Below, one piece after another: positions 1 through 11,754 of a stretch of DNA of 34,476 bases. Made by a program: the position numbers and the translations under genes. The notes under the pieces are model-generated. The model saw only the letters and a program-made list of their open reading frames with translations. It did no database searches and was not told the DNA's origin. Source of the DNA: Jimgerdemannia flammicorona (Eukaryota); the NCBI GenBank assembly GCA_003990765.1, contig RBNJ01000274.1, positions 1 through 34,476 on the forward strand, given 5' to 3'. Every line of letters starts with the position of its first letter. Positions within the stretch are counted from its first letter, which is position 1.

Positions 1-779
1 AAAAAAAAAAAAAAAAAAAAAAAATTAAATAATTTAGGTGAACTCCCTCTCTCTCCTAAATATATATATATTCTACATACTACTATCATATTGCCTTTGT
101 GCAAACTCTCCTCTCTCTATATATTGCTATATTACCTTTATATAACTATCTTACCTCATCTCTAAAAAATGCATTTTATGTACTACTGCATTACCTTCAT
201 ATAACTATTCTATCTTCTTTTTAAATAATATATTTTATTTACTACCATATTGTCTTCATACATATTACTATCTCACCCTTCTTCTCTTCTATATAATAAG
301 ATATATTAGTAATAGTCTAATGAGTAATAATGAGATAGTAACTTGAGATAATAATTGAGATATAGATAATTGAGTAGTAGTTTATAAATAGTAATAGTAA
401 TTAAGATATGAGTAATTGAGCAAGAGTGAGGTATGAGTAATTGAATAGTGATTATAAGTAGTAATAGTATTTCAGAAAGTGATAATTGATATATATTATT
501 AGAAAGAATGATAGAGAGGGGGGAGTTGTTACTATATTAAATATAGTGACATATCTTGAGATATATATATAGAGTTGTTAAGCTCAGGATTGAAGTTATT
601 ACTAGTAAATAATATATTATTATAAATAAGCTTAGTATTTAATAGTATAGTATATTTAATTAATTATATATAACTCACAGTTATATATATAGCTTATAAG
701 TTATAATAAGTTATATATGACTTATAATTATATAGCTTATGGGCTATATAGCTTATAGCTTGAGTTATATCATATGTAG

Positions 780-1219
780 TGTAATGTAGCAGATATATAA
801 CTATATAAGTATATCAGATTTCTATATTTTGAAAACTTGATCTTCTTTGACTCTATAGAGTTCTTGAGATGCAGAAGTGGGTGAGTTCAAAGTATATCTA
901 TCTATAGGCTTACTAGTTCCTTTACTTTCTCTTTGCTTTAAATTATTTTGATCTAAGGTTTATTTACTCTAGATACTGAGATATTTATACAAGTTTGCTA
1001 ACTATAAGGTAGCTAAGTTATAACTACATTTTCTATAAGTTATTTTCTATAAGTATAGATCCTCTATATCTATAGAATTTCTATATTTGTAAAGTTTCTA
1101 TATTTGTAAAATATGATTACTATTTGTAAGACTATACTATATTTAGAAATCAGATTTAAGCACTATAATCAAATATCTATTTTTTTGATTTATATTCCTA
1201 ATTTGGATCAACCATCACA
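780..1219 (-). repeat. Element A 3' LTR
   Basis: TGTAAT...ATCACA termini. Aligns along its length with 18820-19259 and 33246-33732. Minus-strand TATAAATA at 982-989 with AATAAA shortly downstream. Confidence 0.92.
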
Positions 1220-1708
1220 ACTTCCTCCTAAATAGATAATTTATATATCTCTAAAATATTTTATTTACTCAAACTCCAAAGTCTCTATAAGCTATATCTC
1301 CTTATACTATATAATCTATACTATTATATTTTCTTAATAATATCTTCTAACTTATATAAAGTCTCCTAGAACTACTTTATAAAAGTGAGCTAGGGCTGGC
1401 TCATTCTCCTTAAATAACTTATATACTTATTTAGCAATAGCAATCTGAATGTAGAAGAGCTGATACTCTCTAATTCATTCTTCTTTTCTCATCTCTGATT
1501 ATGAATTCAGTGTCTGTCCCAACTTGAAGTATTCTTGAAGCTCTGTCCAATTCTGATAGATCTTGAAGTGTAAAATTCATGACAGATGTATCTGTACTAT
1601 ACTTTGGATGCTGTCAAAAGATTTCTCTATTATGGGTGACTTGGTAGTATACTATTGTCTTTCTATAACTCATTGTACAGCATTAGTAATCTTGAGGGCT
1701 GTGGTCAT
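1208..1708 (-). pseudogene. Accessory ORF of element A in the env position (167 codons, internal stops), unknown function, resembles the LTR-embedded ORF of element B
   Basis: One frame from ATG 1708 (MTTALKITNAVQ...) through ...LQEYFKLGQTL...IAIAK*VYKLFKENEPALAHFYKVVLGDF... with no frameshift. Stops are compatible with C>T/G>A changes. The true C-terminal stop is uncertain. Confidence 0.65.
1220..1230 (-). other. Polypurine tract of element A
   Basis: Minus strand TAGGAGGAAGT immediately precedes the LTR TG at 1219. Confidence 0.75.
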
Positions 1709-2897
1709 ACTTTATTGACTAGCTATGATACTTCTTAAGTCAGTTTTGGTAAATGGTAGTAGAGATCATTATATCTGAGAGTTTTCATAGCCAAAAGGTA
1801 GTTCTTTTTATATCTTGCACAGGATAAGATCCTTTCTACTTGAGCTCTAGTTTTTATGACCATAAAGCTTTTATTATATTCTGATATACTAAGACTTTAT
1901 CTCTTATCTTGATAATCTCTAAGAGCTTGTGAATCTTTTCTGCATTATTCTATTATAGTACCTGCATCTTTATATAATCCTCAGTCTTCTTGCTGATTTG
2001 GTATAATCTCTATATTTCCATATCTATATATTTCTATACAGTATCTCTATTGAATAATAGAGTTTCTTGAGACTTTTTTCTCTGAATAGTATTTCTCAAG
2101 AGGTAAAATGGGTGCTTTGTAATCAGATATCTCAAAGAGCAGATAATACTATTGGCAGATAGTGATTCTAGTTTTTATAGTTATTACAGATCTTAGTAAT
2201 AATATTCTTAAGAGTCTTGTTAGTTCTTTCTACTTATCTATTTTTCTATAGGTGATAAGCTATAGTCCAAATGTACTAGATCTTGTACTTCTTATAGAGA
2301 ACCTCAAAGAACTGGTTTATGAATTCCATTCCTCTGTCTATAGTTACTTATATTGAGATCTTAAATTGACAGATGATTTCTTTATAAAAGAAATTGACAA
2401 TTGACTATATATATATTAGCTTTTTTAAGAGATCCTGTTTCTATCTATTTTATAAAAAGGTCTACAACAATAATGATATATCAGTTATCAGTTAATATCA
2501 AGGATAGAGGGCCAATTACAATATATATAAAGAGTACTGATTCTATATATACTAATCCTGGAATCTGATTTTGTTAGTTTTGTTTCTGTTTCTAATATTT
2601 ATCATAAGTCTTGATAAATAATCTAATGTCTTCCTCCATTTCTGGTTACTATATTATTCTTCTTACTTTATCATAGATATTTGTTTCTCCTAAATGATCA
2701 AGTTTATATACTGATTTCATTGCTTGCTTCTTGTATTTGGATATAACTAGTAGCTTTTCTTTTCTTACTATTTCTTCATCAGTCTTAAATTGTTTCTATA
2801 TTCTGTTGATAATTATTTATATCTATTCTTCCAGATATTGGGACATCTTTTGCTGTCCCAGATAGATGATAATTCTATAGTAGAGTTTCTTATTCAT
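1683..2897 (-). pseudogene. Integrase of element A
   Basis: Begins MNKKLYY and is collinear with element B integrase, including the (D)..GPL motif near 2510 and the terminal TFWL.KLS...LKKY segment. Many stops. Confidence 0.85.
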
Positions 2898-3940
2898 AGT
2901 TGATTTGCTGATTGATTGGAGGTCCTTTAGAGTATTTATAAGAGAGTATCTATATTGATATTGGTTTTTTCAGAGTAGTATATAATAGTTACATCATAGG
3001 CTTGCAACTTTATAATCTATTTGACATAGATTCCTTTGAGTTATTCAGTGGTCAGTAGCTAAGTAAGAGTGGAGTGGTCTGTTTGGATAGTGAAGTATCT
3101 TCCTGCAAGATAGTAGTAGAACTTCTCTATAGTCCAGATAACTGTGAGATATTCCAACTTGTAGGATTTATACTCTTTTTCAGCTTCTTGAGTTCCTCAG
3201 CTAAAATATGAAATAATATATTCTACTTTATCTTTCTTTTAGGCCAAGATGCCTCCTAGTTCTTGAATACTTACATCTGTCTGTAGGATGAATTCTTGAG
3301 TCCAATTGTGTCTTCTAAGGTTAGGTACTTGGGTCACCCTGATCTTGAGCTTATCAAATACTTTTTGTTGTCTACCAGTCTATTGGAACTTGATATATAT
3401 TGGACTTGCAATATTGGAGAATCCTTTAATATATCTGTAATAGTATAAGATAAGTCTCATAAAGGCTTGGGCTTTAGTGATAGTGGTGGGCCTTAGGTAT
3501 ACTACTACTGCCTAAATCTAAAGTAGATCTGTATGTATTCTATCTTAGTTAATGATGTGACCAAGATAAGAGATCTTGATTTCTACAAACTTATACTTCT
3601 TGGGCTTGATATAAAGACTATACTGTCTTAGCTTCTCTATTATCTGCTAGATGTACTGCAGATATTCTTCAGCTATCCTGCTATAGATAATAATATTATC
3701 TATATAAACCATTATCTATCTTTCTATATTATAGTAGAAGATTTTGTTCATTATTTACTGAAAGCTTACTAGTGTATTGTATATTCTAAATAGTATTTAC
3801 AGATAGATATAGATTTCAACTGGAGTAATGAAGACTAATTTTTTACTTACTGTTTCAGTGAGACCAATTTGATAGAATTCTGAGTATAAATCCAAGGTAC
3901 TATAGTACTGTACTTCATCTTCCAGAGTTATAAGAATATC
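2894..3940 (-). pseudogene. Element A pol: C-terminal RT and RNase H
   Basis: YYSTLDLYSEFYQIGL and VYIDNII (decayed YxDD), then FILQTDVS and FTIQTDHS RNase H motifs, ending in a NADALSR-like segment. Confidence 0.88.
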
Positions 3941-4404
3941 TGTAACAATTTCACAGTCATATTTAGTCTTTGTACATTTTTATATCTTTTAGTTAGTCTT
4001 TTCTTATCATTTATTGAATATTCTACTATGTTTCACCACCTTCTACTTACTTAGAAACCTCCTCTCAGTACCTAGACATCACTAGAAAATTCTTGTCTTT
4101 CCTTGGCACCAAGTATCTTGACTTAGCTAGTTATGGAATCTTTCAGAACATTGTTGAATAGTATTAGTCAGCTTTGCTAAGAACTCATTTCTTGGCATTT
4201 CTCTTTCTTTCCAAGATCCTTCAAGATCTTCCTTTCAGATTATGTATAAATATCCTTATTCTCTGCCTAAATAAAGCTCAGAATATTTTCTCCCAGAAAT
4301 CCTTTGAGAATACTTGAATCTTTAAGTATCTCTTTAAGCTACTTTAGGCCAACTAGAACTTCCAGATTTAGCTACTTTCTCTTAATGAAACTAGAATTAT
4401 TACA
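3941..4404 (+). repeat. Element C 5' LTR (464 bp)
   Basis: TGTAAC...ATTACA termini, TATAAATA at 4245-4252, AATAAA at 4270-4275. Four homologous copies in the window. Confidence 0.95.
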
Positions 4405-4406
4405 CT

Positions 4407-4420
4407 TGATAGCAGTGGTG
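4407..4420 (+). other. Primer-binding site of element C, probably initiator tRNA-Met type
   Basis: TGATAGCAGTGGTG 2 nt after the LTR. D has TAGTAGCAGTGGTG (6112-6125). Consensus TGGTAGC resembles the complement of the tRNA-iMet 3' end (GCTACCA). tRNA identity is inferred. Confidence 0.6.
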
Positions 4421-4494
4421 TTGTTATATCTTACCTTATTAAGAAACCTCACACAAATCCAGAAACCAGTCACAACTAGTCACACAAATCTGAA

Positions 4495-5682
4495 ATGAGC
4501 CACAAAGAATCAGTCTATCAACCAGACCTCTCTGCTATAGAAAAAGCAGGAGGATAGCAACTCAGCATAGAAGATATGATCAATACTATGGCCCACCAAA
4601 TCCAAGAACTTCAAGTACAACTAGAACAGCAGAAAACACAAACTATAAGTACATTATATTCTGCTATAGTATCAGCTAGTTTTAAGCTACTCAAGCTAGA
4701 TATCTTTGACAGCTATCAAGAAGGACTACATGGACCTTCCAGTTAGACCAATACTTTGAGCTCATAAGAATGAAAGATGATATACAAGTCCAATTTGCTA
4801 CCACACTTCTCTGAGGAAATGCAGCTATCTGGTAGTATAATCATATCATAATTATGTACATATATATACTTATATGCATGAATCAGAGATTGGGAAGCTT
4901 TCAAGAGAGCCCTTCATAAGCAGTTCAAGTCTACTAATGCTACCAAGCTAGCCAGGGACAAGCTAGTGAACATAAAGTAACTCAAGTCTGTACAAAGCTA
5001 CAATGCACAATTCCTATCAATCCTACTCAAGCTATCAGTAATATCCAAGAATGAAAAGATAGACTACTATATCTGAGGTCTGAAGGGAAATATATGAGTC
5101 AAGGTTGAGCTAGAAGAGTCCAAGAATCTTGATGAAGCCATAAGAATTGCCAATAGGTTTAATGTTATTACCTTTGGTAACTGCTTTGAAGCAGAATGCC
5201 ACAAGAAGAACTACTTCAAGAACTGTCACAAGAACTAACCAAGGACAGTTGGCCCAGCACTAATGAACCTAGACACTATAAATAAAAAGAATACTAAGCT
5301 CACCCCTGAAGAAAAGGACTACCTAAAGAAATCTGGAGCCTGTTTCTTCTGTTGCCAAATAGGACATATTGCAACCAAATGTCCTAAGAAGAATAGTGAA
5401 TTCTCAAGACAAGTTATCATATTGTCCAAGAATACATCTGTCAACTCCACCACCAGTCAACCTGAGCTCAAGATCAAGAAGCTTCATCCAAAGACCCAGA
5501 CCCCTCAATATCAAATAGAAGGAGCTATTGGCCTTGACCTACACTCAGTCAAACAAGTCACTATTCCAGCCAAGGGCCAAATTCTGGTGCCTACTGGAAT
5601 TGCAGTTCAATGTCCTAAAGGACATTATGCCAGAATTACACCATAATCAGGACTCAGTATTAAACATCATTTAGATATAGAT
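4495..5682 (+). pseudogene. Element C gag with CCHC zinc knuckle and N-terminal part of dUTPase
   Basis: ATG at 4495 equivalent to D 6200. ORF 5263-5646 contains CFFCCQIGHIATKC followed by LKIKKLHPK..GAIGLDL..LVPTGIAV..GHYARI (dUTPase motifs I-II). Confidence 0.9.
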
Positions 5683-6109
5683 TGTAACAATTTCACAGTC
5701 ATATTTGGTCTTAGGATATTTTTTGCATCTTTTAGCCAGCCTTTTCTTGTCATTTCTTGAACATTCTACTATGTTCTGGTATCTTCTACTTGCTTAGAAA
5801 CCTTCACTCAGCACCCAGACACTACTAGAATATTCTTATCTTTCCTTGGTACCAAGTATCTTGTCTCAGCTAATCATAGAACCTTTTGGAACATTGTAGA
5901 ATAGTATTAGTCAACTTTGTCAAGAACTTATTTCTTTGCATTTCTCTTTCTTTCCAAGATCCTTCTGGATCTTTCTTTCAGATCATATATAAATATCCTT
6001 GTTCTCTGTCTGAATAAAGCTCAGAATATTTTCTTCCAGAAATTCTTCAAGAATACCTGAATCTTTAAGTATCTCTTTGAGCTACTTTAGGCCAACTAGA
6101 ACTGTTATA
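5683..6109 (+). repeat. Element D 5' LTR (427 bp, 38-bp deletion near 3' end)
   Basis: Homologous to the other three C/D LTRs but lacks the segment between two AACTAGAAC direct repeats. Confidence 0.93.
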
Positions 6110-7171
6110 CTTAGTAGCAGTGGTGTTTTTACACTTTACCTTATTAAGAAACCTCACACAAATTCGGAAACTAGTTACAACTAGTCACATGAACCCGAAA
6201 TGAGTCATGAAGAGTCAGTCTACCAGCCAGACCCCTCTACTACAGAAGAAGTAGGAGAATTGCAGCTCAACATAGAAGATATGATCAATACTATAGCCCA
6301 CCAAATTCAAGAACTCCAAGTACAACTAGAACATCAGAAAATACAAACTATAAGAACATCACATCCTGTTATAACACCAATCAGTTTCAAGCCACTCAAG
6401 CTAGATATCTTTGATGGCCATTGAGGAGGACTATCTATAGATATATAAACCTTCCAATTGGATTAATACTTCAAGCTCACAAGAATGAAAGATGATATGT
6501 AAGTCCAATTTGCTGCCATACTTCTCTGAGGAAATACAGCCATCTAGTAATACAATTATATCATGGTTACATCTATATACTCATATACATAAATCAGAGA
6601 TTGAGAAGCCTTCAAAAGAGCCCTTCACAAGCAGTTCAAGTCTGCTAATATCACCAAGCTAGTCAGAGATAAGCTAGCAAATGTTGAGCAACTCAAGTCT
6701 GTGCAAAGCTATAATGCACAATTCTTGTCAATCCTACTTGAGCTACCAGCAGTATCCAAGGATGAAAAAATAGACCACTATATCCAAGATCTGAAGAGAA
6801 ACACATGAGTCTAGGTCAAGCTGAAAGAGCTCAAAACTCTTAATGAAGTCATGAGAATCACTGATAGATTTGATATTATCATCTTTGACAACCACTTCAA
6901 ACCAGAATGCTATAAAAAGAACTACTTTGAGAACCACCACAAAAACCAACCAAGGACAGTTGGCCCAGCACCAATGGACTTAGACACTATGAACAAAAAG
7001 AACACCAAGCTCACCCCTGAAGAAAAAGACTACTTGAAGAAATTCAGAGCTTATTTCTTCTGTCACCAAATAGGACACATTGCAACCAAATGTCCTAAGA
7101 AGACTAGCAAACCCTCAAGACCAGTCACTGTATTGTCCAAGGATACACCTGTTAATCTCACTACCAGTCAA

Positions 7172-7588
7172 CTTGAGCTCAAGGTCAAGAAGCTTCATCT
7201 GAAGGCCCAGGTCTCTCAATATCAAACAGAAGGAGCTATTGGTCTTGACCTACACTCAGTCAAACAAGTCACTATTCTAGCTAAGGGCCACACTCTAGTG
7301 CATACTGAAATTGCAGTCCAATGTCCTGAAGGACATTATATTAGAATTGCACCACAATCAGGACTCAGTGTCAAACATCATTTAGATGTAGACACTGGTG
7401 TTATTGACCCAGACTTTCAAGGACAAGTTTAAGTCTTGCTTGTCAACCAGAAGGATTAAGACTATATGATTAAAGAAGGAGACTGAGTTGCACAAATGAT
7501 CCTGGAAAAAGCCAGTCAACTCAAGATTATAGAAGTCCAAGAACTCCCTGAAACCAAATAAGATCAAAAGGGTTTTGGTAGTACTGAT
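7172..7588 (+). pseudogene. dUTPase domain of element D, between zinc knuckle and protease
   Basis: All five trimeric dUTPase motifs recognisable: GAIGLDL, PQSGLS (RSG), TGVIDPDFQG, G D * VAQMI, DQKGFGSTD. Confidence 0.92.
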
Positions 7589-10500
7589 TAAGCAGTAAGT
7601 TATAGTGAAAATCAAGCTCAAGCTATGCTCATTTTCAAAGGCCTAGTCAAAGGAAAAGAAGTTCAAGTACTCATAGACAGTGGAGTTGCAGAGAACTTCA
7701 TCAATCAGAATCTCATCAAAAACCTCAAGATCCTCATCAAGCCTGCACCCAAGAACAATAGTATAGTTACTGCAGATAGTACTCTGCACCCCATTGAGTC
7801 AATTGCCACCAAACTGCCCATCAAGATTCAGAAATATTGGGAATGAGTTGACTTCAAGGTTGCACTACTAGGAGATCATAACCTGATCTTAGAAAAACCC
7901 TGACTTACAAAACACAATCCAGACATTGATTGGTGCAAGAATGAAGTCACTCTACTTCAAGATGGAGTCAAAATTATGATCAAGACAGACAAGACCATGA
8001 GCAAGACCCAGATTGCAACACTGTCAGCTATATAGTATAAGAAAGTACTCAAGAAGGCAATGTATACCTTTGTTGTAATGATCTACCCCAAGAAACAAAA
8101 CAAGAGACTATCAGTTAATGAAAGCATCAAGCTACTGCTAGAAGAATTCAAGGATGTCTTTTCAGACAAACTAATGGGTCTACCACCTACATAAGAAGTT
8201 GATCATGGAATTGAACTGACCCCAGGAGCTGTACCACCCAAGAAATACATATACTGCATATCACCACTCGAAATTGAAGTAGTCAAGAAAGAACTAGAAG
8301 AACTACTTATATAAAGAGACATCCAGCCAAGCAAATCTCCTTATGGTTCACCAGTCTTATTTATCAAGAAAAAGGATGGTACCTTGTGAATATGCATAGA
8401 CTATCATGCACTCAACAAACTCACTGTTAAGAACTACTATCTGCTACCCTTAATTGATCAAATCTTTGATGCTCTCAAGAATGCCAAGTACTTCACCAAG
8501 TTAGACCTCATGTCAAGATACCATCAGATTCGAATCAAGCCAGAAGACATTCCCAAGACTGCATTCATGACTGCCTTTGGACTCTATAAATTCCTGGTCT
8601 TAGCATTTAGTCTCACCAATGTACCCACCACATTCCAGACTCTGATGAATAAGATATTTAAGAACTAACTATTTATTTTCCTATTGATATATCTTAACAA
8701 CATCCTGATCTTTAGTACAACTAAAGAAGAACACCTCAAACACATTCAAATAGTCCTAGAGATCCTGTGAAAACACAAGCTTTATATCAAGCTCAAGAAG
8801 TGTGAATTCTTCAAGAAACAAGTTGAATATCTTGGCTACATTGTCTCTGTACAAGGAATTCAAGTAGACCCATATAAGATAGAAGCAATTGAAGAATGTC
8901 CCATTCTGTCAAATCTCACAGAACTCTGATCCTTCCTTGGTCTAGCTGGCTATTACTGCTACTTTGTCAGAAACTTCTCTGGTATTGCTGAGCCACTGAC
9001 TAACCTCATGAGGAAGGTCCTGCACTCAGACCACTATATACCCTATACTTGGGACCTCTTCTGTCAACAAGCTTTTCAAGAACTCAAGAACTGCCTAACC
9101 CATACTCTAGTCCTGTATAATGCAGATCAAGGTCTAAAATTCATAGTCACCACTGATGTATCAAATTTTACCATTAGAGTAGTCCTGTCACAAGATGATG
9201 GCAAAGGACATCATTCTATTACTTTTAAGTCCTACAAGCTGGCCCCAGCTGAGCTACTCATGAGAAGGAACTACTAGCAATAATATATACACTAGACCAC
9301 TGACAATACTATCTAGAAGGTATTGAGTTTGATGTCATTACTGATCATCAATCTTTTAAGTATATCAATACTCAACCTACTCTGTAATGTCTACAAGCCA
9401 AGTGGAGCCTCAAGCTTCAAACCTTCAACCCGACAATCATCTACAAGCCCAGCAAGACACTTGTAGTACTAGATGTCTTATCAAGGTGCCCAGACCTCAC
9501 TACAATCATGCAAGTCACCTTGGCATCAGAATTCCTAGACCAAATTAAGCAAGCTTATAAAGAAGACACAGTTGCCACTAGAGTTTTCTTGAATGAACTC
9601 AAGGATACATATACTGTTGAGAACAATCTGATCTATCATCAAGATCAAGTCTACCTACCTGAAAACATGAACCTACACTACAAGGTTTTGTAAGAACACT
9701 ATGACTCCCCTCTTACCAGTTATCTGGGAATTGAGAAGACTATTAAGAACATCCAACACCACTACTATTGGCCAAACATGATCAAGGAAATCAAGAACTA
9801 TATTGCCAGCTGTGATCTATATTAGCACAACAAGTCTACCAACCAAGCACCTATCAGTTTGCTATAACCACTGCCAATTCCTATCAAGAAGTTCGAGCAA
9901 TTTACTATGGACTTTATAACTCAACTACCATAAACTCAATCTGGTGCTGATGCTATCATCATATTTATTAACTGCCTGACCAAGACTATAGTTGCTAAAC
10001 CAACCACTACCAATGCTACTACACCTGAGATTGCAAGAATCTTCTTCAAGTCCATCTTCTATCACTATGGTCTACCATAAGTAATTGTTAGTAATTGCGA
10101 CCCCAAGTTCACCAGCCACTTCTGGCAAACCCTCTTTAAGACTCTGGGAACTCAATTGGCTATGTTTACTGCCTTTCACCCACAAACTGATGGACAAACT
10201 GAGTACATAGACAGAACTCTAGAACAAATTCTTAGAAACTATATTTCTTATAAGCAAGATAATTAGGACATCTACCTGACTTATGTAGAGTTTGTATACA
10301 ACAATGCTGTCCAATCATCTACTGGTCTTTCCTCTTTCCAGTTACTCCATAGTCAAGATCCCAAGACCCCTGCAAGTCTATTCTCTTTCAAGAAAACCAG
10401 TCAAATACAAGTCCCAATGATCAAGAACCTTACAGACAAAATAGACAAACTACTTAAGATTGCTACCACAAACCTTCAGAAGGCTCAACAGCATCAAGCC

Positions 10501-10785
10501 AAGTATACTGACAAGAAATGCCATGATGTTACTTATACTATTGGAGATCAAGTCCTACTGTCTACTGAGAACCTCAAGATACAATCTCAAGTCAACTGCC
10601 CTTCAAATAAGTTCCAACTCAAGTATATTGGACCTTTCAAGATTACTGAATAAGTCTCTGCTTCCTCCTACCACCTCAAGCTGCCTGAAACCATAAGAGT
10701 ATACCCAGTCTTTTATATGTCACACCTCAAGACCTGGAACCAGTCACCACCCTACTCTGATTGAATTTCTAAGCCTTCTACTCCT

Positions 10786-10983
10786 GTGATTATTGAAGAC
10801 CATATTGAGTATAAAGCTGAGAAAATTCTTGACAAACGAATCCACTACCACTGTCCTGAATACCTAGTCAAGTGGATGGGTTATCCTGAATATAATGTTA
10901 CCTGGGAACCACTGGTCAATCTCAAAAACTCTCAAGATCTAGTTCAAGAATTTGAGGCAAAATACATTGCCCAATCTCTATAG
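10786..10983 (+). pseudogene. Integrase-terminal chromodomain of element D (C copy at ~15146-15342)
   Basis: EYKAEKILDKR...EYLVKWMGYPEYNVTWEPLVNLKNSQDLVQEF matches the chromodomain consensus, including aromatic-cage residues. Confidence 0.92.
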
Positions 10984-11284
10984 TGACTTTCTTGGATTGT
11001 TGATAACCTATAGCAATAACCAGTATCTTATGTATCAGAAGTTTACTTTGGGACACCGGAACCAGTAGAACATTTAATGAATAAGAAGTCTACCAAAATG
11101 AAGCTACTAGCTAGGTTCAAACCCCTCCCAGTTGATTAGTCTGATAATAGGCCCTCTGCTCTATATGAGGATGGCCAATTCCCACCAATATGCCAATTCA
11201 AGTTTGAGAAATTTTGGTTAAGTATATCTAGTCTTGTATTACCTAAGAACTCAATGAGGATATTGGTTCTTAAGAAGGAAGAGA

Positions 11285-11749
11285 TGTAATAATTTTACAG
11301 TTATATTTAGTCTTAGTATATTTTTTGTATCTTTTAGTCAGCCTTTTCTTATTATTTCTTAAACATTCTACTATATTCTAGTATCTTCTACTTACTTAGA
11401 AACCTTCTCTCAGTGCCCAGACACTACTAGAACATTCTTATCTTTTCTTGGTACCAAGTATCTTATCTCAGCTAGTCATGGAACCTTTCAGAACATTGTA
11501 GAATAGTATTAGTCAGCTTTGCTGAGAACCTATTTCTTGGCATTTCTCTTTCTTTCCAAGATCCTTCTAGATCTTTCTTTCAGATCATATATAAATATCC
11601 TTGTTCTCTATCTGAATAAAGCTCAGAATATTTTCTCTCAGAAATCCTTCAGGAACACCTGAACCTTTAAGTATCTCTTTGAGCTACTTTAGGCTAACTA
11701 GAACTTCCAGATTTAGCCACTTTCTCTTAAAGAAACTAGAACTGTTACA
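11285..11749 (+). repeat. Element D 3' LTR (465 bp)
   Basis: TGTAAT...GTTACA termini, preceded by PPT AAGAAGGAAGAGA. Confidence 0.95.
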
Positions 11750-11754
11750 TAGGT

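Larger units (their letters stand above)
6200..10983 (+). pseudogene. Element D single gag-pol polyprotein: Gag-CCHC-dUTPase-protease-RT-RNase H-integrase-chromodomain
   Basis: ORF fragments at 6200, 6851, 7625 and 9008 share one frame. Motifs: FFCHQIGHIATKC; IAPQSGLS..DVDTGVIDPDF..KGFGST; VLIDSG; PSKSPYGSPVLFIKKKDG; FIVTTDVS; TMDFITQLP and HPQTDGQTE; YIGPFKI; KILDKR..EYLVKWMGYPEYNVTWEP. Confidence 0.93.
5683..11749 (+). mobile_element. Element D: second copy of the C chromovirus family, nested in the dUTPase of C
   Basis: LTRs 5683-6109 and 11285-11749. 5-bp TSD TAGAT (5678-5682) / TAGGT (11750-11754). C dUTPase sequence resumes at 11755. PPT at 11272-11284. Confidence 0.95.

Noticed and set aside
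1..779. Poly-A and degenerate short repeats as a telomere, LINE tail or gene
   Set aside because: No regular telomeric unit, no ORF and no identifiable partner sequence. It is low-complexity eroded DNA at the window edge.
4304..4498. ORF 4304-4498, and also 21384-21575 and 30765-31031
   Set aside because: Short LTR-derived frames without motifs, not reported as open in the other LTR copies.
6200..10983. Alternative genetic code explaining the stops
   Set aside because: Stops of all three types differ between sister copies and co-occur with frameshifts and missense transitions, which indicates mutational decay.
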